A stretch of 49,235 bases of DNA from Utricularia gibba. Lineage: Eukaryota > Plantae > Magnoliophyta. The stretch is taken from positions 1-49,235 of the forward strand of contig NEEC01000243.1 in NCBI GenBank assembly GCA_002189035.1, written 5' to 3'. The notes below the pieces were generated by a model, which was not told the DNA's origin, made no database searches, and was given only the letters and a program-made list of their open reading frames with translations. Shown piece by piece: positions 11,146 through 26,100 of this stretch. Numbering within the stretch: position 1 is the stretch's first letter; every line of letters starts with the position of its first letter. Made by a program: the position numbers and the translations under genes.

Positions 11146-14100
11146 GCAAAAAACTTGATGCATTTCTTAACGTTGGGTTTTAATTGGCTGCCTACATGGT
11201 TTCTCAAGGAAAAGCTTGTCGTTTTTGGGCGGTGATGTCGTTGTGAACTTCGTTCTGACCCAAGGTTCGGTCTGACTCCTTTGCCACATCGGGTCCTACT
11301 CGACGAAAATCGTGCTGCACTTATTGAAGTTAGGATGTCATGAGCACCCAAAATGGTTTCTCAACCGCATGCTTTATATCTGAGGAGGCTCTCGTGGGGC
11401 AACGTATGTCGAGTCGAGCTCGGGCCCATAGTCATTTGTAGCTCGGCAAAAAACTTGATGCATTTCTTAACGTTGGTTTTAATTGGCTGCCTACATGGTT
11501 TCTCAAGGAAAAGCTTGTCGTTTTTGGCGGGTGATGTCGTTGTGAACTTCGTTCTGACCCAAGTCTGACTCCTTTGCCACATCGGGTCCTACTCGACGAA
11601 AATCGTGATGCACTTATTGAAGTTAGGATGTCATAAGCACCCAAAATGGTTTTCTCAACCGCATGCTTTATATCTGAGGAGGCGCTCTCGTGGGCAACGG
11701 TATCGAGAAGAGGTCGAGTCGAGCTCGGGCCCATAGTCATTTGTGCTCGGCAAAAAACTTGATGCATTTCTTAACGTTGGGTTTTAATTGGCTGCCTACA
11801 TGGTTTCTCAAGGAAAAGCTTGTCGTTTTTGGGCGGTGATGTCGTTGTGAACTTCGTTCTGACCCAAGGTTCGGTTGCCACATCGGGTCCTACTCGACGA
11901 AAATCGTGATGCACTTATTGAAGTTAGGATGTCATGAGCACCCAAAATGGTTTTCTCAACCGCATGCTTTATATTGAGGCGCTCTCGTGGGCAACGGTAT
12001 CGAGAAGGAGGTCGAGTCGAGCTCGGGCCCATAGTCATTTGTGCTCGGCAAAAAACTTGATGCATTTCTTAACGTTGGGTTTTAATTGGCTGCCTACATG
12101 GTTTCTCAAGGAAAAGCTTGTCGTTTTTGGGGTGATGTCGTTGTGAACTTCGTTCTGACCCAAGGTTCCTTTGCCACATCGGGTCCTACTCGACGAAAAT
12201 CGTGCTGCACTTATTGAAGTTAGGATGTCATGAGCACCCAAAATGGTTTTCTCAACCGCATGCTTTATATCTGAGGAGGCGCTCTCGTGGGGCAACGGTA
12301 TCGAGAAGAGGTCGAGTCGAGCTCGGGCCCATAGTCATTTGTGCTCGGCAAAAAACTTGATGCATTTCTTAACGTTGGGTTTTAATTGGCTGCCTACATG
12401 GTTTCTCAAGGAAAAGCTTGTCGTTTTTGGGCGGGTGATGTCGTTGTGAACTTCGTTCTGACCCAAGGTTCCTTTGCCACATCGGGTCCTACTCGACGAA
12501 AATCGTGCTGCACTTATTGAAGTTAGGATGTCATAGCACCCAAAATGGTTTTCTCAACCGCATGCTTTATATCTGAGGAGGCGCTCTCGTGGGCAACGGT
12601 ATCGAGAAGGAGGTCGAGTCGAGCTCGGGCCCATAGTCATTTGTGGCTCGGCAAAAAAACTTGATGCATTTCTTAACGTTGGGTTTTAATTGGCTGCCTA
12701 CATGGTTTCTCAAGGAAAAGCTTGTCGTTTTTGGGCGGGTGATGTCGTTGTGAACTTCGTTCTGACCCAAGGTTCCTGACTCCTTTGCCACATCGGGTCC
12801 TACTCGACGAAAATCGTGATGCACTTATTGAAGTTAGGATGTCATGAGCACCCAAAATGGTTTTCTCAACCGCATGCTTTATATCTGAGGAGGCGCTCTG
12901 GGCAACGGTATCGAGAAGGAGGTCGAGTCGAGCTCGGGCCCATAGTCATTTGTGGCTCGGCAAAAAACTTGATGCATTTCTTAACGTTGGGTTTTAATTG
13001 GCTGCCTACATGGTTTCTCAAGGAAAAGCTTGTCGTTTTTGGGCGGGTGATGTCGTTGTGAACTTCGTTCTGACCCAAGGTTCGGTCTGACTCCTTTGCC
13101 ACATCGGGTCCTACTCGACGAAAATCGTGATGCACTTATTGAAGTTAGGATGTCATGAGCACCCAAAATGGTTTTCTCAACCGCATGCTTTATATCTGAG
13201 GAGGCGCTCTCGTGGGCAACGGTATCGAGAAGGAGTCGAGTCGAGCTCGGGCCCATAGTCATTTGTGGCTCGGCAAAAAACTTGATGCATTTCTTAACGT
13301 TGGGTTTTAATTGGCTGCCTACATGGTTTCTCAAGGAAAAGCTTGTCGTTTTTGGGCGGGTGATGTCGTTGTGAACTTCGTTCTGACCCAAGGTTCGGTC
13401 TGACTCCTTTGCCACATCGGTCCTACTCGACGAAAATCGTGATGCACTTATTGAAGTTAGGATGTCAAAGCACCCAAAATGGTTTTCTCAACCGCATGCT
13501 TTATATCTGAGGAGGCGCTCTCGTGGGGCAACGGTATCGAGAAGGAGTCGAGTCGAGCTCGGCCCATAGTCATTTGTAGCTCGGCAAAAAACTTGATGCA
13601 TTTCTTAACGTTGGGTTTTAATTGGCTGCCTACATGGTTTCTCAAGGAAAAGCTTGTCGTTTTTGGGCGGTGATGTCGTTGTGAACTTCGTTCTGACCCA
13701 AGGTTCCTTTGCCACATCGGGTCCTACTCGACGAAAATCGTGCTGCACTTATTGAAGTTAGGATGTCATGAGCACCCAAAATGGTTTTCTCAACGCATGC
13801 TTTATATCTGAGGAGGCGCTCTCGTGGGGCAACGGTATCGAGAAGGAGGTCGAGTCGAGCTCGGGCCCATAGTCATTTGTGGCTCGGCAAAAAACTTGAT
13901 GCATTTCTTAACGTTGGGTTTTAATTGGCTGCCTACATGGTTTCTCAAGGAAAAGCTTGTCGTTTTTGGGCGGTGATGTCGTTGTGAACTTCGTTCTGAC
14001 CCAAGGTTCGGTCTGACTCCTTTGCCACATCGGGTCCTACTCGACGAAAATCGTGATGCACTTATTGAAGTTAGGATGTCATGAGCACCCAAAATGGTTT

Positions 14101-17100
14101 TCTCAACCGCATGCTTTATATCTGAGGAGGCGCTCTCGTGGGCAACGGTATCGAGAAGGAGGTCGAGTCGAGCTCGGGCCCATAGTCATTTGTAGCTCGG
14201 CAAAAAACTTGATGCATTTCTTAACGTTGGGTTTTAATTGGCTGCCTACATGGTTTCTCAAGGAAAAGCTTGTTTTTTGGCGGGTGATGTCGTTGTGAAC
14301 TTCGTTCTGACCCAAGGTTCCTTTGCCACATCGGGTCCTACTCGACGAAAATCGTGATGCACTTATTGAAGTTAGGATGTCATGAGCACCCAAAATGGTT
14401 TTCTCAACCGCATGCTTTATATCTGAGGAGGCGCTCTCGTGGGGCAACGGTCGAGAAGGAGGTCGAGTCGAGCTCGGGCCCATAGTCATTTGTGGCTCGG
14501 CAAAAAACTTGATGCATTTCTTAACGTTGGGTTTTAATTGGCTGCCTACATGGTTTCTCAAGGAAAAGCTTGTCGTTTTTGGGCGTGATGTCGTTGTGAA
14601 CTTCGTTCTGACCCAAGGTTCCTTTGCCACATCGGGTCCTACTCGACGAAAATCGTGATGCACTTATTGAAGTTAGGATGTCATAAGCACCCAAAATGGT
14701 TTTCTCAACCGCATGCTTTATATCTGAGGAGGCGCTCTCGTGGGGCAACGGTATCGAGAAGGAGGTCGAGTCGAGCTCGGCCCATAGTCATTTGTAGCTC
14801 GGCAAAAAAACTTGATGCATTTCTTAACGTTGGGTTTTAATTGGCTGCCTACATGGTTTCTCAAGGAAAAGCTTGTCGTTTTTGGGGGTGATGTCGTTGT
14901 GAACTTCGTTCTGACCCAAGGTTCGGTCTGACTCCTTTGCCACATCGGGTCCTACTCGACGAAAATCGTGATGCACTTATTGAAGTTAGGATGTCATGAG
15001 CACCCAAAATGTTTTCTCAACCGCATGCTTTATATCTGAGGAGGCGCTCTCGTGGGCAACGGTATCGAGAAGGAGGTCGAGTCGAGCTCGGCCCATAGTC
15101 ATTTGTAGCTCGGCAAAAAACTTGATGCATTTCTTAACGTTGGGTTTTAATTGGCTGCCTACATGGTTTCTCAAGAAAAGCTTGTCGTTTTTGGGCGGGT
15201 GATGTCGTTGTGAACTTCGTTCTGACCCAAGGTTCGGTCTGACTCCTTTGCACATCGGGTCCTACTCGACGAAAATCGTGATGCACTTATTGAAGTTAGG
15301 ATGTCATAAGCACCCAAAATGGTTTTCTCAACCGCATGCTTTATATCTGAGGAGGCGCTCTCGTGGGGCAACGGTATCGAGAAGGAGGTCGAGTCGAGCT
15401 CGGCCCATAGTCATTTGTGGCTCGGCAAAAAACTTGATGCATTTCTTAACGTTGGGTTTTAATTGGCTGCCTACATGGTTTCTCAAGGAAAAGCTTGTCG
15501 TTTTTGGGCGGGTGATGTCGTTGTGAACTTCGTTCTGACCCAAGGTTCGGTCTGACTCCTTTGCCACATCGGGTCCTACTCGACGAAAATCGTGATGCAC
15601 TTATTGAAGTTAGGATGTCATGAGCACCCAAAATGGTTTTCTCAACCGCATGCTTTATATCTGAGGAGGCGCTCTCGTGGGCAACGGTATCGAGAAGGAG
15701 GTCGAGTCGAGCTCGGGCCCATAGTCATTTGTAGCTCGGCAAAAAACTTGATGCATTTCTTAACGTTGGGTTTTAATTGGCTGCCTACATGGTTTCTCAA
15801 GGAAAAGCTTGTCGTTTTTGGGCGGGTGATGTCGTTGTGAACTTCGTTCTGACCCAAGGTTCGGTCTGACTCCTTTGCCACATCGGGTCCTACTCGACGA
15901 AAATCGTGATGCACTTATTGAAGTTAGGATGTCATGAGCACCCAAAATGGTTTTCTCAACCGCATGCTTTATATCTGAGGAGCGCTCTCGTGGGGCAACG
16001 GTATCGAGAAGGAGGTCGAGTCGAGCTCGGCCCATAGTCATTTGTAGCTCGGCAAAAAACTTGATGCATTTCTTAACGTTGGTTTTAATTGGCTGCCTAC
16101 ATGGTTTCTCAAGGAAAAGCTTGTCGTTTTTGGCGGTGATGTCGTTGTGAACTTCGTTCTGACCCAAGGTTCGGTCTGACTCCTTTGCCACATCGGGTCC
16201 TACTCGACGAAAATCGTGATGCACTTATTGAAGTTAGGATGTCATGAGCACCCAAAATGGTTTTCTCAACCGCATGCTTTATATCTGAGGAGGCGCTCTC
16301 GTGGGGCAACGGTATCGAGAAGGAGGTCGAGTCGAGCTCGGGCCCATAGTCATTTGTAGCTCGGCAAAAAACTTGATGCATTTCTTAACGTTGGTTTTAA
16401 TTGGCTGCCTACATGGTTTCTCAAGGAAAAGCTTGTCGTTTTGGCGGTGATGTCGTTGTGAACTTCGTTCTGACCCAAGGTTCCTTTGCCACATCGGTCC
16501 TACTCGACGAAAATCGTGATGCACTTATTGAAGTTAGGATGTCATGAGCACCCAAAATGGTTTTCTCAACCGCATGCTTTATATTTGAGGAGGCGCTCTC
16601 GTGGGCAACGGTATCGAGAAGGAGGTCGAGTCGAGCTCGGGCCCATAGTCATTTGTAGCTCGGCAAAAAACTTGATGCATTTCTTAACGTTGGGTTTTAA
16701 TTGGCTGCCTACATTTTCTCAAGGAAAAGCTTGTCGTTTTTGGGCGGTGATGTCGTTGTGAACTTCGTTCTGACCCAAGGTTCCTTTGCCACATCGGTCC
16801 TACTCGACGAAAATCGTGCTGCACTTATTGAAGTTAGGATGTCATGAGCACCCAAAATGGTTTTCTCAACCGCATGCTTTATATCTGAGGAGGCGCTCTC
16901 GTGGGCAACGGTATCGAGAAGGAGGTCGAGTCGAGCTCGGGCCCATAGTCATTTGTAGCTCGGCAAAAAACTTGATGCATTTCTTAACGTTGGTTTTAAT
17001 TGGCTGCCTACATGGTTTCTCAAGGAAAAGCTTGTCGTTTTTGGGCGGGTGATGTCGTTGTGAACTTCGTTCTGACCCAAGGTTCCTTTGCCACATCGGG

Positions 17101-20100
17101 TCCTACTCGACGAAAATCGTGATGCACTTATTGAAGTTAGGATGTCATGCACCCAAAATGGTTTTCTCAACCGCATGCTTATATTCTGAGGAGGCGCTCT
17201 CGTGGGGCAACGGTATCGAGAAGGAGTCGAGTCGAGCTCGGGCCATAGTCATTTGTAGCTCGGCAAAAAACTTGATGCATTTCTTAACGTTGGGTTTTAA
17301 TTGGCTGCCTACATGGTTTCTCAAGGAAAAGCTTGTCGTTTTTGGGCGGGTGATGTCGTTGTGAACTTCGTTCTGACCCAAGGTCTGACTCCTTTGCCAC
17401 ATCGGGTCCTACTCGACGAAAATCGTGATGCACTTATTGAAGTTAGGATGTCATGAGCACCCAAAATGGTTTCTCAACCGCATGCTTTATATCTGAGAGG
17501 CGCTCTCGTGGCAACGGTATCGAGAAGGAGGTCGAGTCGAGCTCGGGCCCATAGTCATTTGTGGCTCGGCAAAAAACTTGATGCATTTCTTAACGTTGGG
17601 TTTTAATTGGCTGCCTACATGGTTTCTCAAGGAAAAGCTTGTCGTTTTTGGGCGGTGATGTCGTTGTGAACTTCGTTCTGACCCAAGGTTCGGTCTGACT
17701 CCTTTGCCACATCGGGTCCTACTCGACGAAAATCGTGATGCACTTATTGAAGTTAGGATGTCATGAGCACCCAAAATGGTTTTCTCAACCGCATGCTTTA
17801 TATCTGAGGAGGCGCTCTCGTGGGCAACGGTATCGAGAGGAGGTCGAGTCGAGCTCGGGCCCATAGTCATTTGTAGCTCGGCAAAAAACTTGATGCATTT
17901 CTTAACGTTGGTTTTAATTGGCTGCCTACATGGTTTCTCAAGGAAAAGCTTGTCGTTTTTGGCGGGTGATGTCGTTGTGAACTTCGTTCTGACCCAAGGT
18001 TCCTTTGCCACATCGGGTCCTACTCGACGAAAATCGTGATGCACTTATTGAAGTTAGGATGTCATGAGCACCCAAAATGGTTTTCTCAACCGCATGCTTT
18101 ATATCTGAGGAGGCGCTCTCGTGGGCAACGGTATCGAGAAGGAGGTCGAGTCGAGCTCGGGCCCATAGTCATTTGTAGCTCGGCAAAAAACTTGATGCAT
18201 TTCTTAACGTTGGGTTTTAATTGGCTGCCTACATGGTTTCTCAAGGAAAAGCTTGTCGTTTTTGGCGGGTGATGTCGTTGTGAACTTCGTTCTGACCCAA
18301 GGTTCGGTCTGACTCCTTTGCCACATCGGGTCCTACTCGACGAAAATCGTGATGCACTTATTGAAGTTAGGATGTCATGAGCACCCAAAATGGTTTTCTC
18401 AACCGCATGCTTTATATCTGAGGAGGCGCTCTCGTGGGGCAACGGTATCGAGAAGGAGGTCGAGTCGAGCTCGGCCCATAGTCATTTGTGGCTCGGCAAA
18501 AAACTTGATGCATTTCTTAACGTTGGGTTTTAATTGGCTGCCTACATGGTTTCTCAAGGAAAAGCTTGTCGTTTTTGGCGGGTGATGTCGTTGTGAACTT
18601 CGTTCTGACCCAAGGTTCGGTCTGACTCCTTTGCCACATCGGGTCCTACTCGACGAAAATCGTGATGCACTTATTGAAGTTAGGATGTCATAAGCACCCA
18701 AAATGGTTTTCTCAACCGCATGCTTTATATCTGAGGAGGCGCTCTCGTGGGGCAACGGTATCGAGAAGGAGGTCGAGTCGAGCTCGGGCCCATAGTCATT
18801 TGTAGCTCGGCAAAAAACTTGATGCATTTCTTAACGTTGGTTTTAATTGGCTGCCTACATGGTTTCTCAAGGAAAAGCTTGTCGTTTTGGCGGTGATGTC
18901 GTTGTGAACTTTCTGACCCAAGGTTCCTTTGCCACATCGGGTCCTACTCGACGAAAATCGTGCTGCACTTATTGAAGTTAGGATGTCATGAGCACCCAAA
19001 ATGGTTTTCTCAACCGCATGCTTTATATTGAGGAGCGCTCTCGTGGGCAACGGTATCGAGAAGGAGGTCGAGTCGAGCTCGGCCCATAGTCATTTGTTCG
19101 GCAAAAAACTTGATGCATTTCTTAACGTTGGGTTTTAATTGGCTGCCTACATGGTTTCTCAAGGAAAAGCTTGTCGTTTTTGGGCGGTGATGTCGTTGTG
19201 AACTTCGTTCTGACCCAAGGTTCGGTCTGACTCCTTTGCCACATCGGGTCCTACTCGACGAAAATCGTGATGCACTTATTGAAGTTAGGATGTCATAGCA
19301 CCCAAAATGGTTTTCTCAACCGCATGCTTTATATCTGAGGAGGCTCTCTCGTGGGCAACGGTATCGAGAAGGAGTCGAGTCGAGCTCGGGCCCATAGTCA
19401 TTTGTAGCTCGGCAAAAAACTTGATGCATTTCTTAACGTTGGGTTTTAATTGGCTGCCTACATGGTTTCTCAAGGAAAAGCTTGTCGTTTTGGCGGGTGA
19501 TGTCGTTGTGAACTTCGTTCTGACCAAGGTTCCTTTGCCACATCGGTCCTACTCGACGAAAATCGTGATGCACTTATTGAAGTTAGGATGTCATGAGCAC
19601 CCAAAATGGTTTTCTCAACCGCATGCTTTATATCTGAGGAGGCGCTCTCGTGGGCAACGGTATCGAGAAGGAGGTCGAGTCGAGCTCGGGCCCATAGTCA
19701 TTTGTGGCTCGGCAAAAAACTTGATGCATTTCTTAACGTTGGGTTTTAATTGGCTGCCTACATGGTTTCTCAAGGAAAAGCTTGTCGTTTTTGGCGGGTG
19801 ATGTCGTTGTGAACTTCGTTCTGACCCAACTTCCTTTGCCACATCGGGTCCTACTCGACGAAAATCGTGATGCACTTATTGAAGTTAGGATGTCATAAGC
19901 ACCCAAAATGGTTTTCTCAACCGCATGCTTTATATCTGAGGAGGCGCTCTCGTGGGGCAACGGTATCGAGAAGGAGGTCGAGTCGAGCTCGGCCCATAGT
20001 CATTTGTAGCTCGGCAAAAAACTTGATGCATTCTTAACGTTGGGTTTTAATTGGCTGCCTACATGGTTTCTCAAGGAAAAGCTTGTCGTTTTTGGGCGGT

Positions 20101-23100
20101 GATGTCGTTGTGAACTTCGTTCTGACCCAAGGTTCGGTCTGACTCCTTTGCCACATCGGGTCCTACTCGACGAAAATCGTGATGCACTTATTGAAGTTAG
20201 GATGTCATGAGCACCCAAAATGGTTTTCTCAACCGCATGCTTTATATCTGAGGAGGCGCTCTCGTGGGCAACGTATCGAGAAGGAGGTCGAGTCGAGCTC
20301 GGGCCCATAGTCATTTGTAGCTCGGCAAAAAACTTGATGCATTTCTTAACGTTGGGTTTTAATTGGCTGCCTACATGGTTTCTCAAGGAAAAGCTTGTCG
20401 TTTTTGGCGGGTGATGTCGTTGTGAACTTCGTTCTGACCCAAGGTTCGGTCTGACTCCTTTGCCACATCGGTCCTACTCGACGAAAATCGTGATGCACTT
20501 ATTGAAGTTAGGATGTCATGAGCACCCAAAATGGTTTTCTCAACCGCATGCTTTATATCTGAGGAGGCGCTCTCGTGGGGCAACGGTATCGAAAGGAGGT
20601 CGAGTCGAGCTCGGGCCCATAGTCAGCTCGGCAAAAAACTTGATGCATTTCTTAACGTTGGGTTTTAATTGGCTGCCTACATGGTTTCTCAAGGAAAAGC
20701 TTGTCGTTTTTTGGCGGTGATGTCGTTGTGAACTTCGTTCTGACCCAAGGTTGGTCTGACTCCTTTGCCACATCGGTCCTACTCGACGAAAATCGTGATG
20801 CACTTATTGAAGTTAGGATGTCATGAGCACCCAAAATGGTTTTCTCAACCGCATGCTTTATATTGAGGAGGCGCTCTCGTGGGCAACGGTATCGAGAAGA
20901 GGTCGAGTCGAGCTCGGGCCATAGTCATTTGTAGCTCGGCAAAAAACTTGATGCATTTCTTAACGTTGGTTTTAATTGGCTGCCTACATGGTTTCTCAAG
21001 GAAAAGCTTGTCGTTTTTGGGCGGGTGATGTCGTTGTGAACTTCGTTCTGACCCAAGGTTCCTTTGCCACATCGGGTCCTACTCGACGAAAATCGTGATG
21101 CACTTATTGAAGTTAGGATGTCATGAGCACCCAAAATGGTTTTCTCAACCGCATGCTTTATATCTGAGGAGCGCTCTCGTGGCAACGGTATCGAGAAGGA
21201 GGTCGAGTCGAGCTCGGGCCCATAGTCATTTGTGGCTCGGCAAAAAAACTTGATGCATTTCTTAACGTTGGGTTTTAATTGGCTGCCTACATGGTTTCTC
21301 AAGGAAAAGCTTGTCGTTTTTGGGCGGTGATGTCGTTGTGAACTTCGTTCTGACCCAATCCTTTGCCACATCGGGTCCTACTCGACGAAAATCGTGATGC
21401 ACTTATTGAAGTTAGGATGTCATGAGCACCCAAAATGGTTTTCTCAACCGCATGCTTTATATCTGAGGAGGCGCTCTCGTGGGCAACGGTATCGAGAAGG
21501 AGGTCGAGTCGAGCTCGGGCCCATAGTCATTTGTGGCTCGGCAAAAAACTTGATGCATTTCTTAACGTTGGGTTTTAATTGGCTGCCTACATGGTTTCTC
21601 AAGGAAAAGCTTGTCGTTTTTGGCGGTGATGTCGTTGTGAACTTCGTTCTGACCCTCCTTTGCCACATCGGGTCCTACTCGACGAAAATCGTGATGCACT
21701 TATTGAAGTTAGGATGTCATAAGCACCCAAAATGGTTTTCTCAACCGCATGCTTTATATCTGAGGAGGCGCTCTCGTGGGGCAACGGTATCGAAGGAGGT
21801 CGAGTCGAGCTCGGCCCATAGTCATTGGCTCGGCAAAAAACTTGATGCATTTCTTAACGTTGGGTTTTAATTGGCTGCCTACATGGTTTCTCAAGGAAAA
21901 GCTTGTCGTTTTTGGCGGGTGATGTCGTTGTGAACTTCGTTCTGACCCAAGGTTCGGTCTGACTCCTTTGCCACATCGGGTCCTACTCGACGAAAATCGT
22001 GATGCACTTATTGAAGTTAGGATGTCATGAGCACCCAAAATGGTTTTCTCAACCGCATGCTTTATATCTGAGGAGGCGCTCTCGTGGGCAACGGTATCGA
22101 GAAGGAGGTCGAGTCGAGCTCGGGCCCATAGTCATTTGTAGCTCGGCAAAAAACTTGATGCATTTCTTAACGTTGGTTTTAATTGGCTGCCTACATGGTT
22201 TCTCAAGGAAAAGCTTGTCGTTTTTGGGCGGTGATGTCGTTGTGAACTTCGTTCTGACCCAAGGTCTGACTCCTTTGCCACATCGGGTCCTACTCGACGA
22301 AAATCGTGATGCACTTATTGAAGTTAGGATGTCATGAGCACCCAAAATGGTTTTCTCAACCGCATGCTTTATATCTGAGGAGGCGCTCTCGTGGGCAACG
22401 GTATCGAAAGGAGGTCGAGTCGAGCTCGGGCCCATAGTCATTTGTAGCTCGGCAAAAAACTTGATGCATTTCTTAACGTTGGGTTTTAATTGGCTGCCTA
22501 CATGGTTTCTCAAGGAAAAGCTTGTCGTTTTTGGGCGGTGATGTCGTTGTGAACTTCGTTCTGACCCAAGGTTCGGTCTGACTCCTTTGCCACATCGGGT
22601 CCTACTCGACGAAAATCGTGATGCACTTATTGAAGTTAGGATGTCATGAGCACCCAAAATGGTTTTCTCAACCGCATGCTTTATATCTGAGGAGGCGCTC
22701 TCGTGGGGCAACGGTATCGAGAAGGAGGTCGAGTCGAGCTCGGGCCCATAGTCATTTGGCTCGGCAAAAAACTTGATGCATTTCTTAACGTTGGGTTTTA
22801 ATTGGCTGCCTACATGGTTTCTCAAGGAAAAGCTTGTCGTTTTTGGGCGGGTGATGTCGTTGTGAACTTTCTGACCCAAGGTTCGGTCTGACTCCTTTGC
22901 CACATCGGGTCCTACTCGACGAAAATCGTGATGCACTTATTGAAGTTAGGATGTCATGAGCACCCAAAATGGTTTTCTCAACCATGCTTTATATCTGAGA
23001 GGCGCTCTCGTGGGCAACGGTATCGAGAGGAGGTCGAGTCGAGCTCGGGCCCATAGTCATTTGTAGCTCGGCAAAAAACTTGATGCATTTCTTAACGTTG

Positions 23101-26100
23101 GGTTTTAATTGGCTGCCTACATGGTTTCTCAAGGAAAAGCTTGTCGTTTTTGGCGGTGATGTCGTTGTGAACTTCGTTCTGACCCAAGGTTCCTTTGCCA
23201 CATCGGGTCCTACTCGACGAAAATCGTGATGCACTTATTGAAGTTAGGATGTCATGAGCACCCAAAATGGTTTTCTCAACCGCATGCTTTATATTGAGGA
23301 GGCGCTCTCGTGGGCAACGGTATCGAGAGGAGGTCGAGTCGAGCTCGGCCCATAGTCATTTGTAGCTCGGCAAAAAACTTGATGCATTTCTTAACGTTGG
23401 GTTTTAATTGGCTGCCTACATGGTTTCTCAAGGAAAAGCTTGTCGTTTTTGGCTTCGTTGTGAACTTCGTTCTGACCCAAGGTTCGGTCTGACTCCTTTG
23501 CCACATCGGGTCCTACTCGACGAAAATCGTGATGCACTTATTGAAGTTAGGATGTCATGAGCACCCAAAATGGTTTTCTCAACCGCATGCTTTATATCTG
23601 AGGAGGCGCTCTCGTGGGCAACGGTATCGAGAAGGAGGTCGAGTCGAGCTCGGGCCCATAGTCATTTGTAGCTCGGCAAAAAACTTGATGCATTTCTTAA
23701 CGTTGGGTTTTAATTGGCTGCCTACATGGTTTCTCAAGGAAAAGCTTGTCGTTTTTGGGCGGTGATGTCGTTGTGAACTTCGTTCTGACCCAAGGTTCCT
23801 TTGCCACATCGGGTCCTACTCGACGAAAATCGTGCTGCACTTATTGAAGTTAGGATGTCATGAGCACCCAAAATGGTTTTCTCAACCGCATGCTTTATAT
23901 CTGAGGAGGCGCTCTCGTGGGGCAACGGTATCGAGAAGGAGGTCGAGTCGAGCTCGGGCCCATAGTCATTTGTGCTCGGCAAAAAACTTGATGCATTTCT
24001 TAACGTTGGGTTTTAATTGGCTGCCTACATGGTTTCTCAAGGAAAAGCTTGTCGTTTTTGGCGGGTGATGTCGTTGTGAACTTCGTTCTGACCCAAGGTT
24101 CCTTTGCCACATCGGGTCCTACTCGACGAAAATCGTGATGCACTTATTGAAGTTAGGATGTCATAAGCACCCAAAATGGTTTTCTCAACCGCATGCTTTA
24201 TATCTGAGAGGCGCTCTCGTGGGCAACGGTATCGAGAAGGAGGTCGAGTCGAGCTCGGCCCATAGTCATTTGTAGCTCGGCAAAAAACTTGATGCATTTC
24301 TTAACGTTGGTTTTAATTGGCTGCCTACATGGTTTCTCAAGGAAAAGCTTGTCGTTTTTGGGCGGTGATGTCGTTTGTGAACTTCGTTCTGACCCAAGTT
24401 CGGTCTGACTCCTTTGCCACATCGGGTCCTACTCGACGAAAATCGTGATGCACTTATTGAAGTTAGGATGTCATGAGCACCCAAAATGGTTTTCTCAACC
24501 GCATGCTTTATATCTGAGGAGGCGCTCTCGTGGGGCAACGGTATCGAGAAGGAGGTCGAGTCGAGCTCGGGCCCATAGTCATTTGTGGCTCGGCAAAAAA
24601 CTTGATGCATTTCTTAACGTTGGTTTTAATTGGCTGCCTACATGGTTTCTCAAGGAAAAGCTTGTCGTTTTTGGGCGGGTGATGTCGTTGTGAACTTCGT
24701 TCTGACCCAAGGGTCTGACTCCTTTGCCACATCGGGTCCTACTCGACGAAAATCGTGATGCACTTATTGAAGTTAGGATGTCATAGCACCCAAAATGGTT
24801 TTCTCAACCGCATGCTTTATATCTGAGGAGGCGCTCTCGTGGGGCAACGGTATCGAGAAGAGGTCGAGTCGAGCTCGGGCCCATAGTCATTTGTAGCTCG
24901 GCAAAAAACTTGATGCATTTCTTAACGTTGGGTTTTAATTGGCTGCCTACATGGTTTCTCAAGGAAAAGCTTGTCGTTTTTGGGCGGTGATGTCGTTGTG
25001 AACTTCGTTCTGACCCAAGGTTCGGTCTGACTCCTTTGCCACATCGGGTCCTACTCGACGAAAATCGTGATGCACTTATTGAAGTTAGGATGTCATGAGC
25101 ACCCAAAATGGTTTTCTCAACCGCATGCTTTATATCTGAGGAGGCGCTCTCGTGGGGCAACGGTATCGAGAAGGAGGTCGAGTCGAGCTCGGGCCCATAG
25201 TCATTTGTAGCTCGGCAAAAACTTGATGCATTTCTTAACGTTGGTTTTAATTGGCTGCCTACATGTTTCTCAAGGAAAAGCTTGTCGTTTTTGGGCGGGT
25301 GATGTCGTTGTGAACTTCGTTCTGACCCAAGGTTCGGTCTGACTCCTTTGCCACATCGGGTCCTACTCGACGAAATCGTGCTGCACTTATTGAAGTTAGG
25401 ATGTCATGAGCACCCAAAATGGTTTTCTCAACCGCATGCTTTATATTTGATAAGGCGCTCTCGTGGGCAACGGTATCGAGAGAGGTCGAGTCGAGCTCGG
25501 GCCCATAGTCATTTGTAGCTCGGCAAAAAACTTGATGCATTTCTTAACGTTGGGTTTTAATTGGCTGCCTACATGGTTTCTCAAGGAAAAGCTTGTCGTT
25601 TTTGGGCGGTGATGTCGTTGTGAACTTCGTTCTGACCCAAGGTTCCTTTGCCACATCGGGTCCTACTCGACGAAAATCGTGATGCACTTATTGAAGTTAG
25701 GATGTCATGAGCACCCAAAATGGTTTTCTCAACCGCATGCTTTATATCTGAGGAGGCGCTCTCGTGGGGCAACGGTATCGAGAAGGAGGTCGAGTCGAGC
25801 TCGGGCCCATAGTCATTTGTAGCTCGGCAAAAAACTTGATGCATTTCTTAACGTTGGGTTTTAATTGGCTGCCTACATGGTTTCTCAAGGAAAAGCTTGT
25901 CGTTTTTGGGCGGTGATGTCGTTGTGAACTTCGTTCTGACCCAAGGTTCGGTCTGACTCCTTTGCCACATCGGGTCCTACTCGACGAAAATCGTGATGCA
26001 CTTATTGAAGTTAGGATGTCATAAGCACCCAAAATGGTTTTCTCAACCGCATGCTTTATATCTGAGGAGGCGCTCTCGTGGGGCAACGGTATCGATCGAG